Shown piece by piece: positions 50,817 to 64,000 of a stretch of DNA of 64,000 nucleotides (the stretch's first letter is position 1; every line of letters begins with the position of its first letter). The stretch comes from Octopus vulgaris (taxonomy: Eukaryota), in assembly GCA_951406725.2 (NCBI GenBank), contig OX597815.1, positions 97,030,001 through 97,094,000 of the forward strand, written 5' to 3'. Under the pieces are notes generated by a model that worked only from the letters and a program-made list of their open reading frames with translations, did not search any database and was not told where the DNA came from. Position numbers and translations under genes: made by a program.

Positions 50817-53800
50817 CACACCACAAGTTCTTCCGCAAATTTAAGATATATAAAAGTCTCGCTTTATGAGACGCTACCATACGTTAAATTCAAATTAAGA
50901 TGAGCGTATATAAAGTTTGCTTTAGAAGCGTTGATCAAAAGTTATCCAGAGGAGTTGTATATTCTGAAAATTGTAACCTCATGAAAGCAAACGCTTGAGG
51001 TTTAATCCAAGAAATGTTATTCAGATGGCAGGAAATCTATACACAAGAAAATATGCGCAGTGATGCACCGAAATGATTGGCATATGTTTTCATTTCATTT
51101 AACGTTATAAATTTTAATCCTGTTGAGGACGACTTGGCATTAGAATGTAAATATTTTTTGATGAATTTCAATGATTCACTGATTATTTTCATGGGGATTT
51201 TTATCCTCTAATTTAGTTGTGTATCAGTAGTATTGAAAATACTAGAAGATAATATTTACGAAATGTTTTAATTCATCTGCAGCTTCTGGTTATTTTATTT
51301 CAAACAATCGAGTATATATTACTTTCGAATAAATTTCAAATTAAAAGTGTTTTCGATGAGGAAGTAAACAGTTTAAATTACACCACAGTAGGATTTTTTG
51401 TAATGATCAGCGTGTGGTTTAGTAAAAATTTACATCGACAAAATTCTAGTGAAATATTTTCAATAATACTCTTAGTCCAAGAGGAACATGGACCGCTGCA
51501 ACGATTGTAGAATAATTGAAAGATGAGAACAATATGAATGACATTAAGAAGATAAAATGATAGAGAAGTAAAAAAAAAAAAGAAATTAAGATAGAATAAT
51601 TCATGTATTAAAACTGATTATTTCACAAAAGAGCCACAGGGAGTCAACGCTTTATAGAGTTGTATTCAATTCTCTTTTATCTATATCCCACCTTATTTGT
51701 GAAGCAATGTATACTTAATATTTTTATAGAGAATTCCTCGATGTAATTCACATGAATGAAAATGTTTTGTTCAATTCCCATTTCGAATTTTCTAAAAGTC
51801 ATTTCCTGACCTTTGTTAAATTTTATACAATTTTATTTTCACTTTTTATATTTTCATCTTGCATATCAACAAAAAATCACGTTCTTTATTATTTTTCGTT
51901 TTCGCACTCACAATTTCCTTTACAAAACAAATGAAATTTTAGTATTTTTATTTTGGATTTTTATAAAATTGTATGAGGTTAGTTTTCATTTTGTAAAATC
52001 TCCCTCCATGAATGCTACACTATATATTTTCTACATTATTCTGAGAAATCCGTATTTTATACAACTACAAACATTATTTGGCGAAACGTCGTACTTGTTT
52101 ATTTATAATCAATTATAAACTTGAATACATTTCCTTCTATGCTTTAACATTTAACAACAATGGAATAACTAAAGTAAAAGGACGAGCGTATGTTGTCATG
52201 TATGTGTGTGTGCGTGTATCTATGAATATGTACCCATACATATACACAAAAACATAGTCACACAACGTCTTATGGAATTTTGACCACACGTAAGCATGCG
52301 TAAACTAATGCCGCGGAAAATCTTTTTTTTTTTCAAGAAAATGCTTGTCTCCGACTTTTATGTGAATGACACTAACAATTACTGCAATTTCTTGCACTCT
52401 GTTTCTACTTGTCTTTTAATCACACGAAGGGATATATGTGAAAATTTTTTCCCAGCTAGTTTTGAACTTGTAACGCAGAGAATCGGAGCCAGCATGCAAA
52501 TACAGTGGGACATATGCTTAATGTTCCAATGATACTATCTAGTATGAACGTGCGTATGTATTTGTTTTCATGAATGTAATCTATTAAATTCATGCACATG
52601 TGTTAACTGTTGTCATACGCACATACATTAAAAGACTTCCTAAGATTCACGTACACACTCACGCACACACAGTGACACACACATACACACGCCGCACAGG
52701 CCTCCACACACGTTCACACACGCATGAATACACATACTACTTCTTCCAGAGAAGTCATGTTCAAAGTAGATGTGCAAATTTGTGTACAAATGTAAATAGT
52801 CTAGATCATTGTTTTTCCCTGTCTGTCATTAAATATTAAGACATCTAGTATTCCCAGCACTTGATCGTCCTTTACTTTGCTTTCATTCTCGTCCCTATTT
52901 AAACAGTCATTACAAATTTGCAATTTTCTCTACAAAAACGAAAAAGCCTGAAAGCAATTTGCATATATTTCCATTAATCAAATTCTGTTTCAGTGAATTC
53001 TTTTCACTACGAATAACCCTCTATGTTTTTTTTACTACAACTTCATACATTTCTAATTTATATTCACAAAGGAGGAAATTAACTCGATAAAAGTTTATAC
53101 TGGATTCTCTTTTTCTTTAAGATCGTGTCATCCTTGAAGAACACAGAAAGATTAATACTGGTTGTTACACATAAGTAGAAAAGGCGAATCATAAAATGGG
53201 GAATAATATAAAATGAGTAAATAATGTTTCAAATGTCGAAGGCTTACCATTTGATTTCAGTGTTACAGAATATCATATCAACGGTACATTGTTTGAAAGA
53301 TATGCAAATGTAATACCCATGTGTGATACACACACATGCACTCACATATAAGCACACAAACGTAACTAACTATGTATGTATTCATGAATGCATGAACACA
53401 TCAATATAGGTTTAGAAATATTTATGTATCTTAATAAAGATATTACGGTGTAACTTCTCCGTTTTTTCGGTGTATATAGCTTATCGTGATACTGAATTAT
53501 GTGATGTTGAAGCCGTGATATCCAGACCATCAAATGACAGCCATTGTATAGTATATGGACCAAGTGTAAATAATGTTAAACTGTACACTTGTAGTGCAGA
53601 ATAGTAAAATAAATAGGGTTTATGTATATAGATTGTCGAATACTATAAGACTGTTTTAACTAATTCAACAGTATGTACCTATTCTACTAATTCTATAAAA
53701 CTGGAAGTCATCTTGCTCACGCCAAACAAAGATCTTTTGGTTATAACACGAATCAAGAAATTGCTCCTGCTATTAAGAGAGCAACTTTGAAATATGGTGT

Positions 53801-53841
53801 ATTTTATTTACTTACATGTTTAGAGTATGTGATGTGTGTGC

Positions 53842-53878
<37 letters not shown>

Positions 53879-55665
53879 AGTAAAAGCGATGGAGAGAGAG
53901 AGAGAGGCTTTTCTTGGAATTCTTAAATAGTATATCACCATATATCAATAAATATGCACTAGTCGCCTTATTTTACCCTATGGCCATTACACAAATTTCG
54001 CTACCGAAATATGGGACCATTTAATTGTATTTTGCATGTATGTTTATACATATACATATACTTATGTTTATGTGTAGAGGTATGTGTGTGGAATAGATAT
54101 TTTGTTGCATATGTATAAACACATATATTATCATACTTTGATAATTACAGCAATATAATTATTACTTTTATTGCTGTAACTACAACACAAAACAATATTG
54201 TTATAGTTATAGCAGTAAAACCATGGAAACTATCATTGAATAGCAGTAACTCTTTAAATTCACTAGCATGCTTTGATAAGTATAACTGTAAAATCTATAA
54301 ACATAGTTGATAATCTATGAATTCAGAAAAAGTTGAGGACACTATAGTCGTATATTATTTGTATCATACAACATTGTTATTCCAATATCAAGTATTTTAG
54401 GAAATGGTATTTCATTGCTATGTTAGAAACTACTCATGTGACAAGTGATTGAGCATTGCATTGAATCGCGATATTTCTATTGTATCGACTAAACTCATGT
54501 AAATCAACTAAATCCATGCATTCTTCCGAAAGCAATAAGATATTCTTGATTATAGGGTAAAAATTCATTTTAACAGATCCATTGTTAATCAATTGCACTG
54601 TGGTGGGATTCCAGATGAAGGAATGGAGAATTTTGAGAGCTTTTATTAATGAGTTATATCTTCATTTACATTGTGTTTTGAATAACGTTTTCCATTGAGT
54701 GTCAGATGGAATACTCTGAATAACTAATATACACCACGATCTATTCTTGGACACTTCCAACTGCAGTTGAATATTTACTTTCATAATTAGTCAGAGTACC
54801 GATCTGATTCAATACGCATGACCTTCTAAGCCTGGACCTTCCATCTTTAATTACCAAAAAAAATATGTGTATCTTGGACTTCGTCACACAATGTGACGTG
54901 CCTTTGATGTTGTTAAATTTATAATTAAAGTACAGTTGACCACAAAAATGAATCAATACGAAGTATGTCACATGTGAAACGTCTGAAAATTGTGTTAAGA
55001 ATGTAATACATAAAAAAAATCAACAGTTGTATAGCATAATATCATATATTACAAGAAGCTGTATGCATTCAAACAAAATGTTCCGAATTCAAATGATTAC
55101 CTTATAACTATAGAATTTACATTTATAAGTATCACTGTAATTTTGGAAGTCTTATGCGTTGCAATTGCTTCATAGTTTCTTGAGTTGACAAAACAGAAAG
55201 CATATATGTGTACAGTTGTTTATATTACCAGTTATGCTGTCCCACAGTGTGTGGCTTTCTGTCACAAGTCAATAATTGCTATGCATTCAATACACACATT
55301 GTTTGCGCTTGCCTCTCCAGTTTCAGGATCAACAAAATACGTACCCTGCACTAACCATGTGCAAAGGGAAAAGAAAAAAAAGATAATTGCTAATATCACT
55401 GTTTGATTAAAAGTTTCATTAACTGAAATAGCATGAGTGAAAACAGTGTATGACGATGGCGGATTTCCATTGTTTGACGGAGAGGATTCAAATATCTGGT
55501 CAACTCCTATACTTAGCTATCCTGTAAATGTCATCAAATTTCATGGAGATGTATACCTATCACTCTATGTATCCTATCTATCTACACCTCTCTCTCCTTT
55601 TCTCTCTTTCTTTCACTTTCTCGCTCTCTCTAACTCTCCCTAACTCTCTCTTCCTCTCTCTCTCG

Positions 55666-55774
<109 letters not shown>

Positions 55775-56701
55775 TAATAAAAATAATATTAGGGAGTATA
55801 ACTCCAAACTTACAGGGAAAAATTCAATTTAGTTTTAAATCAAATTTCACAATATAAATATATAATATATATATATATAAATTAGAGAAGAACCACTATT
55901 ATTCAATTCAAACAATGATAGACATAAACCACATCATTAATGAAAAATAAAATATATTATAAAACATATAACTAGATCACAAAAAGTACCAAAAGATGAA
56001 TAAAACATGTAATATATTATATTATTATAATTATATATTATTATATATGTTTTATTAATTTGATCTGCATAGAACACTGCATTTTTTTCTGTCATGTGTG
56101 GTCTCCTATCCTTGCCAGTTAGAGGAGTTTTCTTTGATTGCAACGTGATGCTTTGAATCCATATATTAGACTACAGATACAACAGATACATATACACACA
56201 CGCACACGCACACACATAGAAGCAAGCGCGTTCACACATATATGTATTTTTGTATATTTAATTCTCAATACAACTCTCAATTCTCGACTAGCAAACAGTT
56301 GTCTCTATAAATCACACTATAAAAATCATTGAAAATTATGCGTTACATAATATCTTATATATATATATATAATGGCGGTGCCCCAGCATGGCCACAGATC
56401 ATTAGCTGAAACTGGAAAAATCAAAATCAAAATCATATATATATATATGTGTGTGTGTGTGTGCGCGCGCCCGCGTGTGTGTGTAGAATCACACTGTGCT
56501 TGCACTGGAAGAACAGAAATAAAAATCAATCTAGCACTTATAACTGACCAGGGAGGAAATAGCAACACAAGTGCATACTGAAAATTATCACATTGTTTCC
56601 TCTGTGAAATTGCTACTCGACACAAGGATAGTGACGAAGCGGATCTTTGCGTTTGTAATATAATATATACCAGTAGTAGCAATTTTGATCTCCTGAATAT
56701 A

Positions 56702-57927
56702 CAGGGGTTGGAAAAAATAATGGGAACACCTAGACTCATTGCATCATAATGTCGAAATATCTATAAAATTGTCAAATGCTCATTTATTATTACGTCTTTG
56801 ATTTATTATTAGTGTTGCTTAATATGTTCTGCTAAAATTGCTGTTTCTGTATAGATATCCTCAGAAAATGTTAATCAAAATTCATTAAAATGACAGACCT
56901 ATCGGACTTTCAAAGAGGTCAAATTGTTGGTTTTTGTATGGCAGGCGCTAGCGTAACTAAAACAGACGAAAGGTTTGGTGTATCAAAAAGTGCTGTCTCG
57001 AAAAGAATGATAACCTTTGAGAAAGAGGGAAAACCTCCTCATCGAAACAAAACCCCTGAAAAAACAAAACATTCTGATAGGAACCGTCAGACTCTTACGC
57101 AAATTGCACAGCTCCCAAAATTACTGCAGAGCTTAATGACCACATCGAGAACCCAGTTTCCACAAAAAACTGTACGCTGGGAGCTACACAAAGCCCGGTT
57201 TCACAGGAGGGCTGCAATCAGAAAACCACAACTTTCAAAAACAAACGTTGCAAAGCGTTTACAGAATTGTTCCGTAGAGCAGTGGAAAAATGTTATTTTC
57301 TCGGACGAGTCATCCTTTACCTTATTTCCGATCACCGGTCGAGTATATGTGTAAAGACAGCCAAAAGAAGCATTTGACCCAGGCTGTCTTCTTCCAACTG
57401 TTAAATATGGAGGAGGATCTCTGTCGATCTGCTGGAGCTATATTTTGGAAATCCACCGGCCCAATGCTTTCCGTTCATGGCAGAGTTAATAGTCAAAATT
57501 TAAGCATTTTATCTGATCACATTCATCCTATGGTTGCGGAATTGTTTCAGGGGAGGGGCTCACACTTTCAGGATGATAATGCACCAATTCATACAGCTAA
57601 AGTTATTATTGAATGACACGAGGAACATTCTAGTGAAGTTGAACATATTATCTGGTCACCACACTCTCGAGTTCTCAAATTGAGTATTCATGATGCATTT
57701 TAGGAAAAAAACAAGGAATCGATATCATCTGCTATCATCACTACAAGTACTAGAGACTGTTTTAGCTGAAGAATGGACACAAATTCCTTTGGAAACAATT
57801 CAAAATGTGTAAGGGTCCATACGGCGTAGAATTCAAGCTGTAATTACTGCCAAAGATGGTCCTACCCGTATTAATATAAATTTGTTTGAAATTTTAATGA
57901 TTTTTCCATTATTTTGTCAAACTCCTG
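56702..57927 (+). mobile_element. Tc1-family DNA transposon, ~1.23 kb, full length but decayed
   Basis: TIRs CAGGGGTTGGAAAAAATAATGG / CCATTATTTTGTCAAACTCCTG, flanked by TA. Confidence 0.95.
56890..57872 (+). pseudogene. Tc1 transposase (DD34E), frameshifted
   Basis: MTDLSDFQRGQIVG (paired-like HTH), WKNVIFSDESSF, FQDDNAPIHTAK, degenerate WPPxSP, C-terminal RRIQAVITAKDGPT. Confidence 0.9.
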
Positions 57928-58304
57928 TATATATAATTCATTTTCCAACGCTAATTCATTACAGACAACTGATCAGACTCGAAAGCTTCAAGTAAGGAAG
58001 AAATGTCAAACATTCCGCTCAAAATTGAACGACTTTTCAGAAAAAGATTCCTCAGTAAACCCCAGAAAGCTTCAGATTTGTAGTCTTAACGGCATACTAA
58101 ATACCTATCCTTTTCTACTTAATTTCAGACCTTGCAATTACTTTTATAATATGTTGGGAAATTAGTACAGTTTTGGTAAGAGAGTGTTATTGAATATTTC
58201 GTTATCTGTATTGAACTCATGTGAAGTTTGATGGCATGTAAGAAATAATATATATCACATACAAGAAAGCAAAAAAGCATACGGTTTTCATTTTGTAACA
58301 GTTG

Positions 58305-58450
58305 TCATTTTGGTATAACCGGCCAGGAGGAAACGATCATTTGGTTGGCTCGATGATATAGTAGAAAACACATGCCCAAGGTGCTACGCAGTCGGAGTGA
58401 ACGCGGAGCCATGTGGTTGGCAAGCAAGTTACTTAACACACAACCACCAC
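58305..58450 (-). mobile_element. SINE family A, 5' half
   Basis: Reverse complement: GTGGTTGTGTGTTAAGTAACTTGCTTGCCAACCACATGGCTCCGCGTTCACTCCGACTGCGTAGCACCTTGGGCATGTG. Confidence 0.8.
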
Positions 58451-58461
58451 TTCTATATATA

Positions 58462-58680
58462 GTTAATCCAAACAAGAAAACACAAAGAGAAAGCACAACA
58501 ACGCGAGGACGTGGAGCAAGTATAGTATTATTGGACGCTCAGGAGAGAAGGAAAGAAGGAGGGTTTAACATTTCAAGCGAAGCTCTTCTTCAGAAACATA
58601 GGAAAAAGAAAGATCCAAAGAACGGGAGGAGGACGAAAAATATCGCCAACGGTACACACGCGATCACATTTTGAACCTGC
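58462..58680 (-). mobile_element. solo PLE-type tail (pseudo-LTR-like) carrying a minimal hammerhead
   Basis: ~215-bp unit between TA runs containing the hammerhead at 58563-58597; organisation similar to the Neptune-like tails at 61.6-62.0 kb. Confidence 0.6.
58563..58597 (-). ncRNA. minimal type I hammerhead ribozyme motif
   Basis: GTTT-CTGAAGA-A-GAGC-TTC-GCTT-GAAA-TG-TT-AAAC; changes consistent with CpG decay from GCTC/ACGT. Confidence 0.7.
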
Positions 58681-58760
<80 letters not shown>

Positions 58761-59474
58761 GTCTTATTGCTTTAATATTTTGAGTAACTAGTTTGCGGCA
58801 ATTCTGGAGCGTTGTCTTCTACGAATAAAAACAACCATTGTACTAATATTTTAAAGCCTGTTACTTCTACCTGTCTCCCTCTCTCTCCCACGGACACACA
58901 TACTCTTTCTCTCTCTGCGTGTATGTATATCTATATGTGTGTATATATTTATATATAAGCATACACAGACACACACACACACACATATATACATATATAT
59001 ATATTCATGTATATATATGTATAAGCATGCATACACATACATACGCATATATATATATATGTCTGTGTATGTGTGTGTGCGCGCATGTATACATGTATGT
59101 ATACGTATAGATATACATATACATATACACGTATGAGATTTTCCTTCATGCATTATTGTGAAGAAAAACTAAAAAGTAAAATCAGAAAGTTTTCTAAAAA
59201 AGCATCTCGTTCAAGCTGTCACTGCATTTCCAATGAAATATTTCAGACTAATACTATTTGCCTAGAAAATAGTTCGTGTCTGTCAATGTTTGCAGTGCTA
59301 TGCTTATCAGAGAAAATTGCAATTCAAACAGAGCAAAATTTTACAATGTTGTCAAAATGGTTCTTCATACCGCAATAGAAATATTGTTAATAATTATAAC
59401 AATATTAAGAATTACGGCTATAGTGCCAATAAAACAACGACAAAACAGCAAGAAGAACAACAACTACCATGGTC

Positions 59475-59583
59475 ATAATAATAATAATAATATTATCAAT
59501 AATAATAATAATAATAATAATAATGATAATAACAACAACAACAATAATAATAACAATAATAATGATAATGATAATAATAATGA
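59475..59583. repeat. (AAT/AAC/GAT)n trinucleotide microsatellite
   Basis: Direct reading. Confidence 0.95.
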
Positions 59584-59589
59584 TTACAC

Positions 59590-60245
59590 CCGAGTAAGTG
59601 ATATTCATTAATTTTTTTTTCTATTTTCCAAATGAAGTATTTAAATTGTGTATTATCTCCATCACTCGCACAACACGTGTAAACACGCTCGTCTCATTAA
59701 GATCCAATCAATATCAGACCTTTCCCATCCAGAAACACCATGAAAAATTGTACCAGAACCACCAGGAAAAACGGGATGTACGTAACTTAAATTTGTTACA
59801 CAAAAATTACAGAACGATTTAACACCAGAAATTAACAGATCGGCACTCTACGAAAATGATGACTATCAAAATAACGGGCTGGAAATTATTCGTCATGTCC
59901 CACAAATAAAAATCAAAACGTATAAATGGAATATATTTCAATACTACACACTTATTTTACAGCAGTGCTCTACCCACAGAACGGAAACACACCAGCATAT
60001 ACATATAAAATGTAGAAGAAAATTAACTAGAAGATTTGGATACAGCAATGAACTTTAATAAACTAGCCAACATAAGGAGATATATTCTCAAAAGAAAACA
60101 AATATCAGAAATAGAAATAGAACACCTAAAAGACAAAATACGTTAGGAAAACGTAGATAGTAGCCGCACTGCAATGCCAAATACCATAAGCACTGGAAAT
60201 GTAAAATATGAATACAGACGTAAAATATCCAAAGAAAAACAACGA
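59590..60245 (+). mobile_element. probable N-terminal region of an R4/Dong-like non-LTR element
   Basis: A-rich coding-like sequence (KLANIRRYILKRKQISEIEIEHLKDKI) following an (AAT)n tract; recalled similarity only. Confidence 0.4.
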
Positions 60246-60595
60246 AGTCCTACTATGATAATAATTTTTTTCTGTTTTTAATCTACACATTCGAGTTACG
60301 TCTATTTCCAAATCTTTGTATTTTGAAAGTTTCTACGTTTCTTTTAGAGAAGAAATGTCATCTGTCGGTATTGATGCATCGATGAGAAAGCATTCTTTCA
60401 TGGTAATCTCAGACAACTATATCCAGCCTATATACCTAAACTTCTCTATCTGTGTGTATTGGCATATTCCAGGGTGTGGTTGCTTTCCCATTTTCTGTGC
60501 CATTTTCTGGTGTGTGCCTCTACCATCTTCTTTCTGTTGTTATTCCTTAGTGTTCGCACAGTTTTTCAGTTACTTAAAAATTGTAACTTAAAAGC
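60245..60595 (-). pseudogene. restriction-like endonuclease (PD-D/ExK) domain of an R4/Dong-like retrotransposon
   Basis: Manual translation: WNMPIHTDREV*VYRLDIVV...CFLIDASIPTDD..LKET*KLSKYKDLEIDVTRM..LKTE..IIVG. Confidence 0.8.
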
Positions 60596-61000
60596 TGATC
60601 ATGTCATTCCATCAACGTGTGGACGCTAGTTGCTATCGTTCCAGAAATTTCTCCCTGGAATTTCACTCTGATTGATTTTCTCTATAAACAGCTACTTAGG
60701 GTTTCTGTGTTGAGTAGGCCGAAATTCTTTCTCAGAATGTGTAACAGGGCTAAAACTGCATTTGATTGACTCGTTTGGTTTCATTTACATATAAATATTA
60801 AAGCATTAAGGCTGTTTTCAAAGCCGCGAAAGGTAGCGGTTTTGGTGTATATTAATAGCGAGTTTAATAACACTTTAGATTATGACAAGTCGGCTGCGAA
60901 CGGAAATAAATAATGCATACATATATATCTGTCTCCGCGCGCACGTGTGTACGTAATTCTCTGCTTGTACCTATGTGTGCATATATGTACGTATGAAAGA

Positions 61001-61790
61001 GCGCCATTTCTGCTCTACTGGTTATTCACTACAGCATAGTCTTCTCTTTTCACTGTTTATCTCCTCATAGGTTCAACTCCTCACCTCTCTTCATCTGATA
61101 CCTAATTCCTCTCCATTCCTACCCACCTCTCCTCTCCTCGGCACCTACTTCCTATCTTCACTCGTACCCACCTTCTCTCTTCATTGATACGCCCTCCATA
61201 CTCCACGCGACACATCCCCACCACTACAAATCCCCACCCCAGGCACCAGGCCGCATCACCACTCCCCTACGCGACAAACCACCATATCAGCACACCACCC
61301 CACAGCACTCTCCACACCCTTACAATGACCAAGTCCCAGTATCCCCACCCCACGCCATCATCTTCACACCTACAAATTATCATCACACGCCCACACACCA
61401 TCATTGATACACCCACACATTACAGACGCACAAACACACACACGCAAACATCGACACACGTCAAAGTCAGTAGCACCTATCCATACACACACGCACGCAC
61501 GCACACATTCTCCGATACACACACGCACGCACACATTCTCCGATACACACACGTACGCACGCCTTTGTTTTGGGATCACAAATACTTTATTGTCTCCCAT
61601 TCTTTCTGACTTTCCTCTCAGACCTTGTCACCATGCTTGATCGTTAAATTCACACGCTTTTTATTCCTTCTGTTGAAGAGCATAGTCTCGAAACGTAAAA
61701 ATTTTCCTCATTTCCCCGAGCGTCAAATTAATACACCTGCCTATTGTTCATACACGTAACTTCGTTTTTTGTTGTTCTGTAAATTTCAAT
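61001..61790 (+). mobile_element. Neptune-like PLE 3' fragment (EN C-terminus, CA-rich UTR, hammerhead tail)
   Basis: RHFCSTGYSLQH matches RHFSSTTRSLQY in the partner copy; tail 61660-61790 is the inverse of 61845-61970. Confidence 0.75.
61666..61701 (+). ncRNA. minimal hammerhead-like motif, variant core CUGUUGA
   Basis: CCTT-CTGTTGA-A-GAG-CATAGT-CTC-GAAA-CG-TA-AAAA; stem I weakened. Confidence 0.5.
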
Positions 61791-61807
61791 TATATATATA
61801 TAAGTGC

Positions 61808-61838
<31 letters not shown>

Positions 61839-61844
61839 TGTAGT

Positions 61845-62970
61845 GAGAATTTACAAAAAACAAAAGATGAAGACCGATGTGTAAACAACAAACATATGTA
61901 TTAGTTTAACGCTCGGGAAGTGTGAAACACTTTTACGTTTCCAGCCTACGCTCTTCGACAGAAAGGAACACACAAATAAACAGGTAGAGAAAATAAAAAA
62001 GGTTTAGTGGCTAGCGATCTATCATGGCGAATGCCGGACAGAGGGATCTCAAAGAAGAGTTAAGCAGAAGGGACATAATTAAGCAGTAGTGATCCCAAAA
62101 CCTGGTGCGCGTACGTATATATGTGAGATCGTGTATGTGCGTGTGGAATGGGGCTGGTGATCTTGACGTGTGCTTCTTTGCATGTGTACGTGTGTGAATG
62201 ATGGTGTAGTTTCTGGGAAGTGGTCAGTGCTAGTGTGTGCGGGGTAGTGTGACGTGGTGTGGTATGGTATGGTGGTGTGTGGTGTGTTGGTGTGTGGTGT
62301 ACTGGTATGCTGGTGCTTGGTGTGGTGTGGTGGTGTTGGAGTGTGGGGAAGCGAGAGTGGGGAAAGAAGAGTGGGGTCTAAATGATGGTGTGGGGTGTGA
62401 TGGGATGTATAAGGATATTGATGTTGGAATGTGTAGGGGTAGGGTAAGGGGGGGCGACGGATGGAGAGGTGGAAGGAAGAAGGTGGGTAGAAGTTACGGG
62501 AGGAAGAAGGTTCCAGAGCAAGAGAAAAGAGGTGGGTGGGATGAATTAGGTGTGAGAGGAAGAGAGGAGCGAGGAGGAGGGTTCGATGAAGGAGAGAGGA
62601 GATTTGAACCCATGTGGCCCAAAGGAGAGAAGAGAATCCCTGCTCATGGCGAAAACAGGAGACCGAATGGCCCCTATGCAAGGACAACCCGAAGACAGAC
62701 AAGTATTGTAAAGAGCGTGTGGTAGAGCTGAAATGGCGCGAGACCACGGTGTCGTTGCCGAGTCAGATGTCTCGGAGGTTTTCTGCGAACCGGTCAGCCA
62801 AGCGGCGGCCAATTTGAACGATATATAGAGAAGGACAGAGAGAGCAAGAGATGTAGTAGATGACGTTCCTAGAAGTGCAAATAAAGGAGTCAGTGATATG
62901 ATAGGGTCGATGATGGATGCCTGTGAGGAGGGGGTTTTGGAGAGGTATGGGTAAGTTCTCTACTGTTGCA
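61845..62970 (-). mobile_element. Neptune-like PLE 3' fragment with GIY-YIG endonuclease
   Basis: Minus-strand translation: DSFICTSRNVIYYISCSLCPSLYIVQIGRRLADRFAENLRDI*...VSRHF (VIY...CxxC...YIG(Q)TGRRLxDRFxEH motif). Confidence 0.88.
61930..61965 (-). ncRNA. minimal hammerhead-like motif, variant core CUGUCGA
   Basis: CTTT-CTGTCGA-A-GAGC-GTAG-GCTG-GAAA-CG-TA-AAAG; one mismatch at the base of stem II. Confidence 0.55.
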
Positions 62971-63012
62971 TAATTTAGAGCGTGCTTCTCTTTCGGTTCA
63001 TGATTTACTGAC

Positions 63013-63365
<353 letters not shown>

Positions 63366-64000
63366 TACATTCCACACGCTTATGCTTTCATATAGGGACA
63401 CAACACATGCACACGCAGCACACACACACACACACATACACACACGCAAGCACTTACACACACATATAATCATATAATAACCATTCATCTTTTGTCAAGA
63501 ATTTTTAATATAATCAGAAGGAAATGATGACGCCTTGTATCGTTGAAACATTTTTCTATGAAATCGAATAAGAACTGAATTCACTTGACCGTATCGGAGG
63601 CCAGCTACAAATGTTCTCATCTTAACGATTGATTATTCATCCACTTCAATTTTCGTAAAGATGAAACTGGTTTTCGCGTTCTCTTTAATCTTCAATTTTG
63701 ACGGTACTCTTTATATAGTGTACCATCGATTCTTTGTTAACAAAATAGATATTTTCTGAACATAATTGCTTTAATCTAAAAGCAGTTGTTCTCCCTGAAC
63801 TTGATTTTCTTTCTAAATTACTCGGTGCGAGTATTGTTCATACAAAATATTACATAAGTATTTATACATATAGGAACGTATGCAATTACCAATATTCGGG
63901 CCGGAGATTACCTGATAACTTTTTGTTTAGACTCGAAACCCATGCAATCAAAAATAATAATGCAATTTTAAATTTTTTTTTTTTTTTTAAATACATATTC

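Noticed and set aside
55775-55990. Possible PLE-tail-like repeats after the (CA)n(TA)n tract
   Set aside because: No hammerhead or coding motif visible and no second copy in the window
59276-59611. Poly-Asn ORF preceded by a hydrophobic stretch
   Set aside because: Derived from the (AAT)n microsatellite

Overview
This is AT-rich, microsatellite-dense eukaryotic DNA with no recognisable host protein-coding exon; almost every ORF in the track is a translation of (TA)n, (CA)n or (TG)n. The tRNA-derived SINE families look like those of octopus/coleoid cephalopods (recognised from memory, not searched). The window appears intronic or intergenic and is filled with transposon remnants: a Helitron helicase fragment (~9 kb), mariner elements (15.1, 24.8-26.1 kb), a young Penelope-like element (PLE) with an open RT-thumb/GIY-YIG frame and perfect 159-bp inverted pseudo-LTRs (26.2-27.7 kb), a CR1-type LINE (31.1-33.3 kb), a HERO-like fragment (41.5-42.4 kb), a MITE (48.9-49.5 kb), a Tc1 element (56.7-57.9 kb), an R4/Dong-like remnant (59.6-60.6 kb) and a tail-to-tail pair of Neptune-like PLE 3' ends (61.0-63.0 kb). 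Two signals stand out. First, a textbook recursive-splicing (ratchet point) architecture lies at 20370-20443 on the + strand: branch point, polypyrimidine tract, TTTCAG|GTAAGT, then a 34-nt cryptic RS-exon donor. It implies a very long + strand intron. Second, up to seven minimal type I hammerhead-ribozyme motifs from four repeat families are present, most with palindromic stem III and some with non-canonical cores (CCGAAGA, CUGUYGA). Boundaries of degenerate repeats are approximate; all calls were read by eye.
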